The position numbers and the translations under genes are program-made. 64,000 bases of DNA from Candidatus Zixiibacteriota bacterium (GTDB lineage: Bacteria > Zixibacteria > MSB-5A5 > UM-FILTER-46-8), in the NCBI GenBank assembly GCA_026983835.1, contig JALSTH010000040.1, positions 510 through 64,509 on the forward strand, read 5' to 3'. The stretch's first letter is position 1. Each line of letters starts with the position of its first letter. The notes under the pieces were generated by a model that ran no database searches, was not told the origin of the DNA, and worked only from the letters and a program-made list of their open reading frames with translations. Of the stretch, positions 1 through 10,354 are shown piece by piece.

Positions 1-1676
1 TGGTCGTGGAAAAGGCCGTCATAAGCTCCCAAACCGGTTTCGCTGTAATCGGGACCATTACCATCGATAGGTCCATTGCCGACACCCCACCAATAATCCT
101 CATCCCAATAGGTCGAATTACTGCCACCTATATAACCGATGGCTCCCTTATCGGCAACCTGCAACCATACTTCGCCGAAACAGGGAGTCGATTCGCCGAA
201 AGTATTAGTCAAACAACAATTACCTATGACCAATGGGTATTTATCCGCATTGGTCAAGCCATTAACATCACTTCTGGTAAACGAAGGATCATAAAAACCA
301 TCATGGCTGCCATGAGCGGTGTAGTTCAAAAATCCGATGCCATCATTGACGGTTTGTATAATCGCCGCCGAAGCACCCGGATCATCGGATGCGGGGTAAA
401 GCCAAGTATGGTCAGTTATTCCATGAGCGGCATTGAAATACAGATTTGTGCCATAATTAATCTGACCATTTCCCCAAGTTGGAGCATAGCCGGCATCGAC
501 GCCGGCTATTAGGGTAACTTCCGCCTGATAAGACGGATCGGGCATAGTGTATTGCTCATGCTCCAATGTCTTATCGATTTGGGGCTGAAGTTCAGATGTG
601 CTCTGCGCCGAGAAACGACCATAATAGATTTCGGGTAAATCATCCCCGGTAAATTCGCAGAAATACAGGTCGGTTATGTGCGAGCCGGCAGTCCCGTTAA
701 ACGGCGGAATCTGCGGGGTATCCCCAACCAATAAAACAAAAGACGGCGCCGGATCTTCAGGGGGATTACTGTTATTATAAATATTCTCTATCCAAGATTT
801 GATAGCGGTATTTGAATAACCTATCTCATCGGTATAGCCGACTACAACCGTAAATCCTTTTTCAGTTTTCCACTGAATAAAAGGTTGCAACTGACTCTCA
901 AACATCCTGTCGGCAACAATCACATACTTGATTGGATAAGTTACCAAATCATCGAGTTGCTGCGGGGGCGGGGTTTGATAATTAAACAGCTGATGATAAA
1001 CCGTCTCAAAAGCCGGGGAATAATATTTTTCCCTCATTTGATCGGTGAGAGCATAATCGGGATGCTGGTAATTAACTCTTACGGTAAGCTGCTTATAAAC
1101 TCTCAAACTGTTTTTTACAGGATTATATTGAATAGGAGCTAATTCGACCATCCCGATATGAACCGAACGCATCGTGCCGACTATTTCGGTATTCACCAAA
1201 GGCAGTGCATAATACCTATCCTCCTGATATGACGCTCTGTTATATCTAAAAGGCACATCCTGAGGATTAGCCGACTTGGAAAGCGAAGGCTGAGTCGGGA
1301 TTATCGGATTGGTTATTCCCAAGTCGGAAAGCGAAATTTCCTCGAATTGAGAATTAATGATATCCGTTGTTAAATCACTCTTAAATGGGATATCCAAAAG
1401 CCGATTTACCATCGGAAGATTAGGCTCGCCAATATTGTGGGAGCGGGAAAAATCTTTCACAACAATCATTGTGAAATCCCCGTCAGGGGTAGAAACAGGC
1501 TCAAAATCGACCTTGGAGATATTCATCTGCAGAGTTAAGCCGGAATTATCCTGACTTAGAAGTTCTACGCCCGATGAAGGCCCTCCCAAATCGACAGATT
1601 GATTAGCAAACGCCAGCCCGGACACAGACGCCCAAATAGCGATTACCAAACATAGCTTCAGCAATGTTTTACTCAA
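1..1676 (-). CDS. Peptidase C25 (gingipain-like) with N-terminal propeptide, 3'-truncated by the window edge
   Basis: Not in the ORF track. TTG at 1676 with GGAGGA RBS at 1681-1686. Manual translation of sampled segments gives signal peptide MSKTLLKLCLVIAIWASVSGLAFA, propeptide GEPNLP, NYTAHGS and GNCCLT (His/Cys dyad), and GAYDGLFHD at the edge, in frame with the start. Confidence 0.88.
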   Translation of the reverse strand, partial: MSKTLLKLCLVIAIWASVSGLAFANQSVDLGGPSSGVELLSQDNSGLTLQMNISKVDFEPVSTPDGDFTMIVVKDFSRSHNIGEPNLPMVNRLLDIPFKSDLTTDIINSQFEEISLSDLGITNPIIPTQPSLSKSANPQDVPFRYNRASYQEDRYYALPLVNTEIVGTMRSVHIGMVELAPIQYNPVKNSLRVYKQLTVRVNYQHPDYALTDQMREKYYSPAFETVYHQLFNYQTPPPQQLDDLVTYPIKYVIVADRMFESQLQPFIQWKTEKGFTVVVGYTDEIGYSNTAIKSWIENIYNNSNPPEDPAPSFVLLVGDTPQIPPFNGTAGSHITDLYFCEFTGDDLPEIYYGRFSAQSTSELQPQIDKTLEHEQYTMPDPSYQAEVTLIAGVDAGYAPTWGNGQINYGTNLYFNAAHGITDHTWLYPASDDPGASAAIIQTVNDGIGFLNYTAHGSHDGFYDPSFTRSDVNGLTNADKYPLVIGNCCLTNTFGESTPCFGEVWLQVADKGAIGYIGGSNSTYWDEDYWWGVGNGPIDGNGPDYSETGLGAYDGLFHD

Positions 1677-1978
1677 AACTTCCTCCGTATTTTTGGGGTT
1701 CATAAGGATATGAAGAAATTAATCGAATTATCATAGAACATATAATATATAGAAGAAAATTCTACCTATTTATTATAAATAAATTCTCTGATAAGTCAAG
1801 AGAATTTGATAGTTTAAGTTTTTTGACCTTGTAGCCCAAAACTTACTTTTAGATTTATTAGAATAAAAAAAGATAAAATATCCATATTCTTTAATTAAGA
1901 TTACTTAATTCGAGTGGATTAGTAAAATTATTCATATTCTTTCCGAAAATATATTAGGACTTCTTATTCGGGGTCAAT

Positions 1979-2584
1979 ATGCTGAAAGCGTTAAGATATT
2001 TTATCTGGGACATAAGTGTAAAATCCGGGCGGTATGCCCTGTTGCAAATGTTATTGAAAGATTTCCCCGGCTTGTTCGGTATTGAAATCCGCAGGCGATT
2101 TTACCGCCGATATTTCGGTTCAATGGGTGAGGATGTGGTTATCCATCAGGATTTCCACGCGCGAAATATTCATAACTTATTCGTCGGCAACGGAGTTCAT
2201 CTCGGGGAAAGTTGCTTTATTCAAGCCGCCGGAAAAGTGAGCATAGGGGAGAATACGATAATAGGTCCAGGAGTCAAAATCTGGTCTCAAAATCATCAAT
2301 TCAAAGATCCGACAATCCCCATAAAAGAGCAAGGATATACCTTCAAGGAAGTAATAATCGGTGATGATGTATGGATAGGCGCCAATGCATTCATAATGCC
2401 GGGCGCCGTTATCGGCAAAGGAGCAGTAATCTCAGCGGGATCGCTTTTGGGGGGGAAACCCATACCACCTTATAAAATCGTCGCCGGTAATCCGGCAAGG
2501 ATTATCGGGAAAAGGGAAATTACAGGTAGTAAAAGCAACTCCCAAAACAGATCCGAAATCCCCAAAATCGCATCGAATATTTAA
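1979..2584 (+). CDS. Hexapeptide-repeat sugar O-acetyltransferase (LbH/MAT-GAT-like)
   Basis: IGDDVWIGANAFIMPG and VAGNPARII motifs. Confidence 0.88.
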   Translation: MLKALRYFIWDISVKSGRYALLQMLLKDFPGLFGIEIRRRFYRRYFGSMGEDVVIHQDFHARNIHNLFVGNGVHLGESCFIQAAGKVSIGENTIIGPGVKIWSQNHQFKDPTIPIKEQGYTFKEVIIGDDVWIGANAFIMPGAVIGKGAVISAGSLLGGKPIPPYKIVAGNPARIIGKREITGSKSNSQNRSEIPKIASNI

Positions 2585-2746
2585 CATCGGTGAGAGCAAA
2601 TCCATTATAATATCAAATATCTATTATCATTTTAATTCATTGAACCAACAACAGATATATTCGATTCCCTTCAAGCGCTATCGGTATTTTCCGATAAAAA
2701 TTATGAAAACTATTAAAATTAAGATGTTCAGGATTAAATAAAAAGT

Positions 2747-3946
2747 ATGACTTTTAAGGCAGAAGACCAAACAAATTCATCAACGGTAACCGTCCGCTCA
2801 GACTTACCCCGGGAGAATGTTCGCCAACGGCGGATATCTGTTTTGCATATCGTCCTATCCACGGTAACCGGCGGAATGGAGAATGTTATCTATAATCTCG
2901 CTTCAGGAATGGATTACAGCCGTTATGAGGTAAAGATAGGATGTTTATTGGAGGTGGGATATCTCTCGGATAAACTGAAAAAATTCGGCGTGGAATCCTA
3001 TTTAATCCCTAAAATGATACCCGGTGTGTCGATGATCTATCCCCGTAATTTAATAAAATTCATCAGGGAAAGCGGCTGCGATATAGTTCATACCCACTCC
3101 GGATGCTGGGGCAAAGCCGCTGCAGCCTGCGTTCATCTCCCGAATGTGAAATTGATATACACCGAACATGGACGGACATTCCCGGACCCGAAGATCGGCA
3201 TCATCATAGATAGATTAGCCTCTCGTTTAACCAATAAGGTGATTGCTGTCGGGGATAATTTGCGGGATTATTTGGTGAATACCGTCGGGGTGCGAGAGGA
3301 CAAAACAATAACTATTTTTAATGGAATCGATACCGATAGATTCAAGCCCGCTGTTGAGCGATTATCAGTTCGGAAGGAATTCGGATGCGTAGATGGCGAT
3401 GTGGTAATCGGGATAGTAGCCCGATTAGCCAAAGTGAAAAATCATAATTACCTGATAGATGCTTTTAAGATCCTTTCGGAGCGAAAACTCCCCGTGAAAT
3501 TGCTCATTATCGGGGATGGTCCTCTTAGAACGGATTTGGAGATGCGGGTGAAATCCTATGGGTTAAAAGATAGGGTTATGTTTGCCGGGGATAGGGATGA
3601 TGTACCTTTACTGTTGAATGCGGTTGATGTCGCTACTTTATCATCATTGAGTGAGGGGACAAGCCTTACCCTTTTGGAAGCGATGTCCAGCGGATTGCCT
3701 GTTGTGGCGACTGCCGTCGGGGGAAATAAAACTATCATCAACGATGGGGAAAATGGCTTCCTTGTCGATATAAATGATGTAAATTCTTATGCCGATAAAT
3801 TGGAAAAATTGGTAAAATATCCGCAACTGCGAGCTGAAATCGGGGGGAAAGCCCGTAGTGATATTATTGCGAGATGGTCGTTGAAAAGGATGGTCGATGG
3901 TTATCAAAAATTATACGAAGAGATTATCAAGCAAAAGAATCCATAA
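2747..3946 (+). CDS. Glycosyltransferase family 4
   Basis: GGME N-terminal motif; EGTSLTLLEAMSSGLPVVAT (EX7E). Confidence 0.92.
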   Translation: MTFKAEDQTNSSTVTVRSDLPRENVRQRRISVLHIVLSTVTGGMENVIYNLASGMDYSRYEVKIGCLLEVGYLSDKLKKFGVESYLIPKMIPGVSMIYPRNLIKFIRESGCDIVHTHSGCWGKAAAACVHLPNVKLIYTEHGRTFPDPKIGIIIDRLASRLTNKVIAVGDNLRDYLVNTVGVREDKTITIFNGIDTDRFKPAVERLSVRKEFGCVDGDVVIGIVARLAKVKNHNYLIDAFKILSERKLPVKLLIIGDGPLRTDLEMRVKSYGLKDRVMFAGDRDDVPLLLNAVDVATLSSLSEGTSLTLLEAMSSGLPVVATAVGGNKTIINDGENGFLVDINDVNSYADKLEKLVKYPQLRAEIGGKARSDIIARWSLKRMVDGYQKLYEEIIKQKNP

Positions 3947-5111
3947 GTTGACCGGGAAAGATATCATCTGTATATCGTCTATGCCATATAGCGGGATGTG
4001 GACGAGAAAGCAAAGGCTGATGACTTTGTTGGCGGAGATGGGGAATCGCGTGCTTTATGTAGAACCATCGAATCCGCTTTTTACTTCAGTCGGCGATAAA
4101 GGGGAATACAATCTCGATTTTAGGGAAGCGAAAGATAATCTTTTTATACTCCGCCCCCGAGGGAGGCTTCCATTGGCAAGGTATGGGCTAATCCAAAATA
4201 TAAATCTGCGCAGATTCGCCCGTGATGTAAAAATAACGCTGTCCAAATTGAATTTCAACAATCCGATTATATTCACCTACCTTCCGGTGATCAATGCTCA
4301 TACGCCCTTTAACGATTTATTGGACTATTTCGATTATTCGCTTTTGGTATACGATTGCGTCGATGAGCATTCCGAAACAATCGGTTATTCGCCTCAAGCC
4401 TCTGAAATGGTCCATAATTGGGATTTGGAACTGACTGCCAGAGCGGATATTGTCTTCGTAACCGCAAAAAGCTTATATGATGATAGAAAACATCTCAACC
4501 GCCATTTATATTATTCGCCCAACGGAGTGAATGTAAACCATTTTTCAAAAGCGACCCAAAAAGCAATTGAAATCCCTTCCGATTTGGCGGTAATCCCGGA
4601 GCCGAGGATAGGATTTGTCGGTTCGCTTTCCGATTGGATAGACTACCGCTTAATAGCGAAAATCGCTAAAAGACATCCCTATTACAATATCGTTCTGATA
4701 GGTCCGCTCAAGCGGGGGCTAAAACCGACGGAATTGGAAGGGCTGGAAAATGTTCATCTCCTTGGAAAAAAGGACCTAAAGGATTTACCCGATTATCTGC
4801 GGGGAGTCGATTGTGGGATTAACCCTTTTAAAAAAGTAAAGCTCGCCGAAAAAGTTAACCCTCTGAAAGTCTATGAATACCTGGCAGCAGGTTTGACGGT
4901 AGTTTCGGTTGATATGCCAGAAGTCGTTCCGTTGGAGGGAGTTATCTATATCGGGCGATCGGATGAGGAATTTATCGAGGGGGTGGAAAAAGTCATCAAC
5001 GGGGAGTTTTTACCCGATAAAAGGAAATTGGAGGAGGTCCTTGCCAAGCATAATTGGGATAAAATTTTCGGGGATTTGATTGAAATAGTTGCTAAAAGGA
5101 TTTATGTGTGA
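3897..5111 (+). CDS. GT-B glycosyltransferase (TuaH-like)
   Basis: YDCVDEH, PNGV and NPLKVYEYLAAG motifs; true start may be slightly downstream. Confidence 0.85.
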   Translation: MVIKNYTKRLSSKRIHKLTGKDIICISSMPYSGMWTRKQRLMTLLAEMGNRVLYVEPSNPLFTSVGDKGEYNLDFREAKDNLFILRPRGRLPLARYGLIQNINLRRFARDVKITLSKLNFNNPIIFTYLPVINAHTPFNDLLDYFDYSLLVYDCVDEHSETIGYSPQASEMVHNWDLELTARADIVFVTAKSLYDDRKHLNRHLYYSPNGVNVNHFSKATQKAIEIPSDLAVIPEPRIGFVGSLSDWIDYRLIAKIAKRHPYYNIVLIGPLKRGLKPTELEGLENVHLLGKKDLKDLPDYLRGVDCGINPFKKVKLAEKVNPLKVYEYLAAGLTVVSVDMPEVVPLEGVIYIGRSDEEFIEGVEKVINGEFLPDKRKLEEVLAKHNWDKIFGDLIEIVAKRIYV

Positions 5112-5146
5112 TATAATGAATATCATTTTCAATATTGTTAGAATAG

Positions 5147-7873
5147 TTGTTTCCTGATTTTAGAATCCATTTCAATCTATCAATAAGGTTTAATCAAATG
5201 TTTAATCCCCCTCCAAATAGCGATTTTCCTTACCGAAGACTGTATTCCACTTTCATTGTAATTATCCTTTTTCTTATTTTAACGGTTATACAGGTTTATG
5301 CGGCGAAATATCCCCACATTCGCACAGCCGCCTTAACCTACTCGCTAACCGATTCTATCGGAGCCGACTTTGTCGGCAGGCATTACGACTTGGCGATTAA
5401 TCCGGGCGGCTCCAATTATGATATTATCAAAAGCGTCGATCCGCAAACCAGATGCCTTCGCTATTTAACTATCTCCACCTACCGAGACGACGATTATCAA
5501 CTTCTGTCGACATTTTGCAATGAGCGGGGATATAATTACGACTCTATGTTTTTATGGGTGGAAAATAATACCGTCTGTGTGGAGGCGGTAGCTCCAGCCG
5601 GAGAGCCCTGCGAAGGCGATGTTTCCTGTTCGGATCCTGGGCAGAAGCTCCAGTATTGCGGGTGGAATTCTTTCCGTACCGCTCCAGATTTCCGCAGGCA
5701 GGAAGTATGGGAATTTGTTATCTATAAATATCTGAATTTAATCGGTTCTCAATTTGATGGAGCTATGGAGGATGAGGCAGTTTTCTATTATCATCCTCAA
5801 TGGAATTATTACAGTACTATGATGGTTTATCCGCTCTCGCCCTCCAAATGGGTCAGCGGTTCGTCAGCTGATATAAACGGCTGGGAAGGATATTCCCAAG
5901 ATGCCATACGGGATAGCTTAATGCACCTAAAACAGCAAACCTGGCTTCCTATGCTGATGGACTCCCTTCGAGCGCATAACAAACTTCGATTTGCCAATCC
6001 TGCAGCTTACGGTGTTTTGGGATCGGATGTTATAGAAGATGTTGCTTTGACGGGGACAGGCGACCTTTTGGGCGAAGGGATGCATCTCCGTCCATTGGGA
6101 GGCTATTGGAATAATCAGGCGTGGGATATAATGGAATACATAAGGAATACAGATGGTTATGCCATTGTTTGGACGGAGATCACTTCCGCAGATTCGGAAG
6201 CTTTAGGGAGTTGGGCGAGATGTCAGATGGAGCGGCTGGCATGGTATTATATGGTCGGCGATACTACTCACTTCTATTTCCTTTTGACCGGAAACGAACT
6301 TTGGCTCAGACCCAATGATTACCGCGCTCCCGATAGTTTGTATAAATGGGCGCCGGCTTTTGAATATGATATCGGACAGCCTGTTGGCTCTAAATATATT
6401 GCTCAAACGGGGACGGACCCCTCAGGGCAGTCTTACGAGATTTACGCCCGGGTTTTCACCAACGGTCTTGTTCTCCATAGGGATGCAATGGGATCCGATT
6501 ACAGCGCCAATTCCGCCGTCTCCTGTAATTTAGGAGACCAATTCTATGAACTCCAAGCCGATGGCAGTTTGGGAGACATCGTAACCGTCTCGGTAATCAA
6601 AAACTGCGAAGGGAAAATATACATTCCGGTCAGCGGAAACTCCAACCACCCCCCTTCGGCTCCTGATCCGCTGCACCCCCAATATGGCGAGAATATCGAG
6701 GATACTCACCCGATACTGATAGTAGATAATAGTAGTGATGAGGATGGGGATGAATTGACATATAACTTTTATGTAGCATTGGACAGCGAATTCAATCAAA
6801 TAGTAGATTCCGAACAGGATATCCAGCAAGGTGACGACAGTACTTCCTGCCCTGTGCAGGTTGACCTTTCCTATGGAACCGATTATTATTGGCGCAGTTG
6901 TGCATTCGATGGTATCGACTATGGTGACTATTCACAAACGAGCTATTTTCATATTATTCAACCCAACACACCACCGCCGCCCCCCTTACCCTATATTCCA
7001 ATTGACGGTTCCACAGTCGATGTTACTAAGCCGACACTAAAGGGAATCTGCTCTCGGGACCCCGATGGCGATATTCTTTTTTACTTTTTCGAGATCTCAG
7101 CGGATAGTCAATTCACTGGTGAAGTGCTAAATGGGGATAGTATCAAAGCCGTCAATGGGCTGGTAGGATGGAATATTCCTATCGAGTTAAACAGAAATAC
7201 AACTTATTTTTGGCGGTGCAGGGCTTTTGACGGTACCGATTTCGGCGATTTTTCAAGCACTTCTAAATTCAAGGTGAACGGCTATTACACCCAGCTTGAT
7301 AGTGTTCACCTCAACAGCGCAGGTTCCCTTTCCCCGAAAACGATCTCACCGTCGAATGGAGCGGTGATAAACAATAATGCCCCGACATTGAGGATAATCA
7401 ATATTCCCGAAGCTCGGCGATATTATTTTCGGGTTGCTTTGGATACCGCCTTTGAAAAGACAATTGCCCAATCCCCGGCAATTCCCTCCGGGGATGATAA
7501 AATCACTGAATGGCCTATCGATAGATCGCTTCCTTCCGGCAAATTATATTATTGGCAGGCTAAGGCGGAAGATGGAGAATGGTCGGGCGATGACTCCTTC
7601 TTTGTTTCGATAGGGATACATATTTTCCCAAATCCCTTCAGGTCGAGCAAGGGACATAGGACAGTAACTTTCCGTAATATACCAAAAAACAGTCATCTGA
7701 AAATAGCAACCATATCCGGTAAAACAGTACGTGAATTCGACCGTCTTCCGGAAGGCGATTTCGTTTGGGATTTACGAAACGCTTCGGGGGATGTTTTGGC
7801 TCCCGGTGTTTATTTGTATCTTGTCGATTATCCGGGCGGTTCCGCTAAAGGTAAGTTGGTGATAATACGCTGA
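5147..7873 (+). CDS. Secreted putative glycoside-hydrolase-like protein with FN3/Ig repeats and C-terminal sorting domain
   Basis: Hydrophobic signal region; YARVFTNGLV segment resembling GHL15-type proteins; repeated YYWRxxAFDG modules; FPNPF...GVYLY...KLVIIR tail; start uncertain. Confidence 0.6.
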   Translation: MFPDFRIHFNLSIRFNQMFNPPPNSDFPYRRLYSTFIVIILFLILTVIQVYAAKYPHIRTAALTYSLTDSIGADFVGRHYDLAINPGGSNYDIIKSVDPQTRCLRYLTISTYRDDDYQLLSTFCNERGYNYDSMFLWVENNTVCVEAVAPAGEPCEGDVSCSDPGQKLQYCGWNSFRTAPDFRRQEVWEFVIYKYLNLIGSQFDGAMEDEAVFYYHPQWNYYSTMMVYPLSPSKWVSGSSADINGWEGYSQDAIRDSLMHLKQQTWLPMLMDSLRAHNKLRFANPAAYGVLGSDVIEDVALTGTGDLLGEGMHLRPLGGYWNNQAWDIMEYIRNTDGYAIVWTEITSADSEALGSWARCQMERLAWYYMVGDTTHFYFLLTGNELWLRPNDYRAPDSLYKWAPAFEYDIGQPVGSKYIAQTGTDPSGQSYEIYARVFTNGLVLHRDAMGSDYSANSAVSCNLGDQFYELQADGSLGDIVTVSVIKNCEGKIYIPVSGNSNHPPSAPDPLHPQYGENIEDTHPILIVDNSSDEDGDELTYNFYVALDSEFNQIVDSEQDIQQGDDSTSCPVQVDLSYGTDYYWRSCAFDGIDYGDYSQTSYFHIIQPNTPPPPPLPYIPIDGSTVDVTKPTLKGICSRDPDGDILFYFFEISADSQFTGEVLNGDSIKAVNGLVGWNIPIELNRNTTYFWRCRAFDGTDFGDFSSTSKFKVNGYYTQLDSVHLNSAGSLSPKTISPSNGAVINNNAPTLRIINIPEARRYYFRVALDTAFEKTIAQSPAIPSGDDKITEWPIDRSLPSGKLYYWQAKAEDGEWSGDDSFFVSIGIHIFPNPFRSSKGHRTVTFRNIPKNSHLKIATISGKTVREFDRLPEGDFVWDLRNASGDVLAPGVYLYLVDYPGGSAKGKLVIIR

Positions 7874-7989
7874 TTTTAAGTCTATTATAAAAATAGCGGC
7901 CTTCTCAATTTCCCACAGTTAGGAATTGAAAGCTTGACATCGACGATATCAAGATATTATCTTTTTAAAATAGACCCGGAGATGAAATA

Positions 7990-9183
7990 ATGCCTAAAGA
8001 AATCGTATTAAAATATGATAGCGCATTAGATGACAAAGAGTTGCGTGCTATCAGATTATTTAACAAGCTATTCGATAAAAAAGAAATACAGTTAGGATAT
8101 GACAGCGATGAGGTAATTATTCTATTACAAGAGATCGATATTAACAAATTAAAAGAAATATCCTCTCATTTTTCCGGTTATACTGATAAGAAGATTTTCA
8201 AAGATGTTCTCCGCTCAATAGAACAGATAAAAAGTTATGGGATTAAAGGAAAGAAAAGAAACTATGTTGATTATAATAAGGAAAGAAAAGTAAAGGGCAG
8301 AAAGAGCAAGGAATTAATAAGACACCAATATTACTATACTCAAGGAAACACTTTCGCAAAAGATGAAAATAAATTCCCGGAGGAATATGAAAATAAAATT
8401 ATTGTTGGCGATAGCGAAAATATATTAAAGAATATACCCGATAACTCTGTCGATTTGGTTTTTACATCACCTCCATATAATTTCGGGCTTGATTATGCTC
8501 AAAATCAAGACGCACACTATTGGGAAGATTATTTTGCAAAGCTTTTTAAGGTTTTTAAAGAATGTATTAGAATTACAAAATATGGCGGGAGAATAATAAT
8601 AAATGTTCAGCCATTATTTTCGGATTATATACCAAGTCATCAAATAATAAGTAATTTTTTTATGAAAGAAAAACTTATTTGGAAAGGGGAAATTCTCTGG
8701 GAAAAAAACAATTATAACTGTAAATATACCGCTTGGGGAAGTTGGAAAAGTCCAAGTAATCCATATTTAAAATACACCTGGGAATTTATTGAAATATTTT
8801 GTAAAGGGGATTTAAAAAAGACTGGAATGAAAGAAAATATAGACATTTCCGCGGATGAATTTAAAAAATGGGTTGTAGCGAAATGGTCAATTGCTCCCGA
8901 AAGAAATATGAAAAAATATGGACATCCCGCAATGTTTCCCGAAGAATTAGTTGAGCGTGTTCTTAAACTGTTTAGTTATAAGGGAGACATCATATTAGAT
9001 CCATTTAACGGGGTAGGAACAACTACTGTTGTTGCAAAAAGATTAAAGCGGAAATATGTCGGGATAGACATATCGGAGAAATATTGTAAAATAGCAGAAA
9101 AAAGGATACGGGGTTTAAAAAATAAACTTGGGTTATTTGCAGATGGAATCCAAGTTAAAGATAAAAAATTGATGAGCTGGTAA
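7990..9183 (+). CDS. Site-specific DNA methyltransferase (N4-C/N6-A, beta class), orphan
   Basis: TSPPY (motif IV) precedes HPAMFP and DPFNGVGT (motif I); visibly AT-rich. Confidence 0.9.
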   Translation: MPKEIVLKYDSALDDKELRAIRLFNKLFDKKEIQLGYDSDEVIILLQEIDINKLKEISSHFSGYTDKKIFKDVLRSIEQIKSYGIKGKKRNYVDYNKERKVKGRKSKELIRHQYYYTQGNTFAKDENKFPEEYENKIIVGDSENILKNIPDNSVDLVFTSPPYNFGLDYAQNQDAHYWEDYFAKLFKVFKECIRITKYGGRIIINVQPLFSDYIPSHQIISNFFMKEKLIWKGEILWEKNNYNCKYTAWGSWKSPSNPYLKYTWEFIEIFCKGDLKKTGMKENIDISADEFKKWVVAKWSIAPERNMKKYGHPAMFPEELVERVLKLFSYKGDIILDPFNGVGTTTVVAKRLKRKYVGIDISEKYCKIAEKRIRGLKNKLGLFADGIQVKDKKLMSW

Positions 9184-9486
9184 TTAGCTATAATAATAAA
9201 GTAAAAGAGATAACATTTGGAAGTAAGCCTACACATACATTGATGTCGTATTTTCCCGAAGTTAAGTTGCGAATATTTACATTTCTGAAGGGAGAGCGCA
9301 AAGTAGATAAACCAATTCATAAACCGAAATTCTTTAAGCCGTTAGAAAAGAAGCAGATTGAAAAGGCTGTCTTTATTTTATCGGCAGACTTAAAAAAATA
9401 CTTATGAAGCAAACAAATCACTACAGCGGATGGCAATTCAGCGGCGCTTTTTTGCCTCCGGTAAACTCTGTCGTTATATCAATCCT

Positions 9487-10254
9487 ATGAGAATGATAAA
9501 AGTATTAGCAGCGGTAATTATAGCTTTTTATATTTTCTCTTTTTTCCATTGTGGCAAAAAAAAGGAAAAGCAGATGAATTATATCGTAACGGAAAGGGGG
9601 GTTAATCTCCCTGTCTATACGGATATGCCCGAAGGTAGGGGTCCTTTCCCCGTATTGGTTGTGGCGCCAGGTTTGGGATATAATGCTACTCTGCCTTTGT
9701 TCTCTAAAATCGCCGAACAATGTAGATCCAATGGAATAATATGTGTTAGGTTCGAATGGGGATTTTTCATTAAAAACATCTCTCCATCGGAGAATTATGT
9801 AAATGAAAAGGACGATTACAACAGCGCGGTCAAATATGCAAAAAACATCCCCGAAGCCGATACCACCGAAATAATTATCGCCGGTAAATCATTGGGCGCG
9901 TTTGTAGCTCTGGATTATGCGGTTCGACATAAAGATTATAAGGCGTTGATACTGTTGACGCCGCCGTTGCATCCCCCACAACCTCCGTATGAAATCAGAA
10001 AGCGGTTCGAGGGATTGGATGAGACAAACGGGGGTGTCGCCATTATTTACGGGGACAAAGATCCTCTCTGCCATCCCGATAAACTAAAAGAACTTTTGGA
10101 TAAATTAAGGGTAAAACCGACGGTTTATCGTTTAAGGGGGAATCACTCTTTCAAAGGGGATACACAGCTTGATACGGAGCGGAATCTTGAAGATGCCGCT
10201 ATGTCTGTTGTGGGTTTTGTTCAAAAAGTCTGCGGCCAAAATAAAAGACATTGA
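9487..10254 (+). CDS. Alpha/beta hydrolase, probably exported or a lipoprotein
   Basis: GKSLG nucleophile elbow, GDKDP and GNHSF; hydrophobic N-terminus ending FHC; start moved from 9430 to the in-frame ATG at 9487. Confidence 0.8.
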   Translation: MRMIKVLAAVIIAFYIFSFFHCGKKKEKQMNYIVTERGVNLPVYTDMPEGRGPFPVLVVAPGLGYNATLPLFSKIAEQCRSNGIICVRFEWGFFIKNISPSENYVNEKDDYNSAVKYAKNIPEADTTEIIIAGKSLGAFVALDYAVRHKDYKALILLTPPLHPPQPPYEIRKRFEGLDETNGGVAIIYGDKDPLCHPDKLKELLDKLRVKPTVYRLRGNHSFKGDTQLDTERNLEDAAMSVVGFVQKVCGQNKRH

Positions 10255-10279
10255 AATTTCATATCAGCTCCAAATAAAT

Positions 10280-10305
10280 CAAGGGCGGACAACCATCCGC
10301 CCTTG
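10280..10305. terminator. Hairpin between convergent genes
   Basis: CAAGGGCGGA-N6-TCCGCCCTTG, perfect 10-bp stem. Confidence 0.6.
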
Positions 10306-10354
10306 CAACTTTAAGAATTTATACAATCGCTTGCGATTTATCGTAAGTAAAGTT

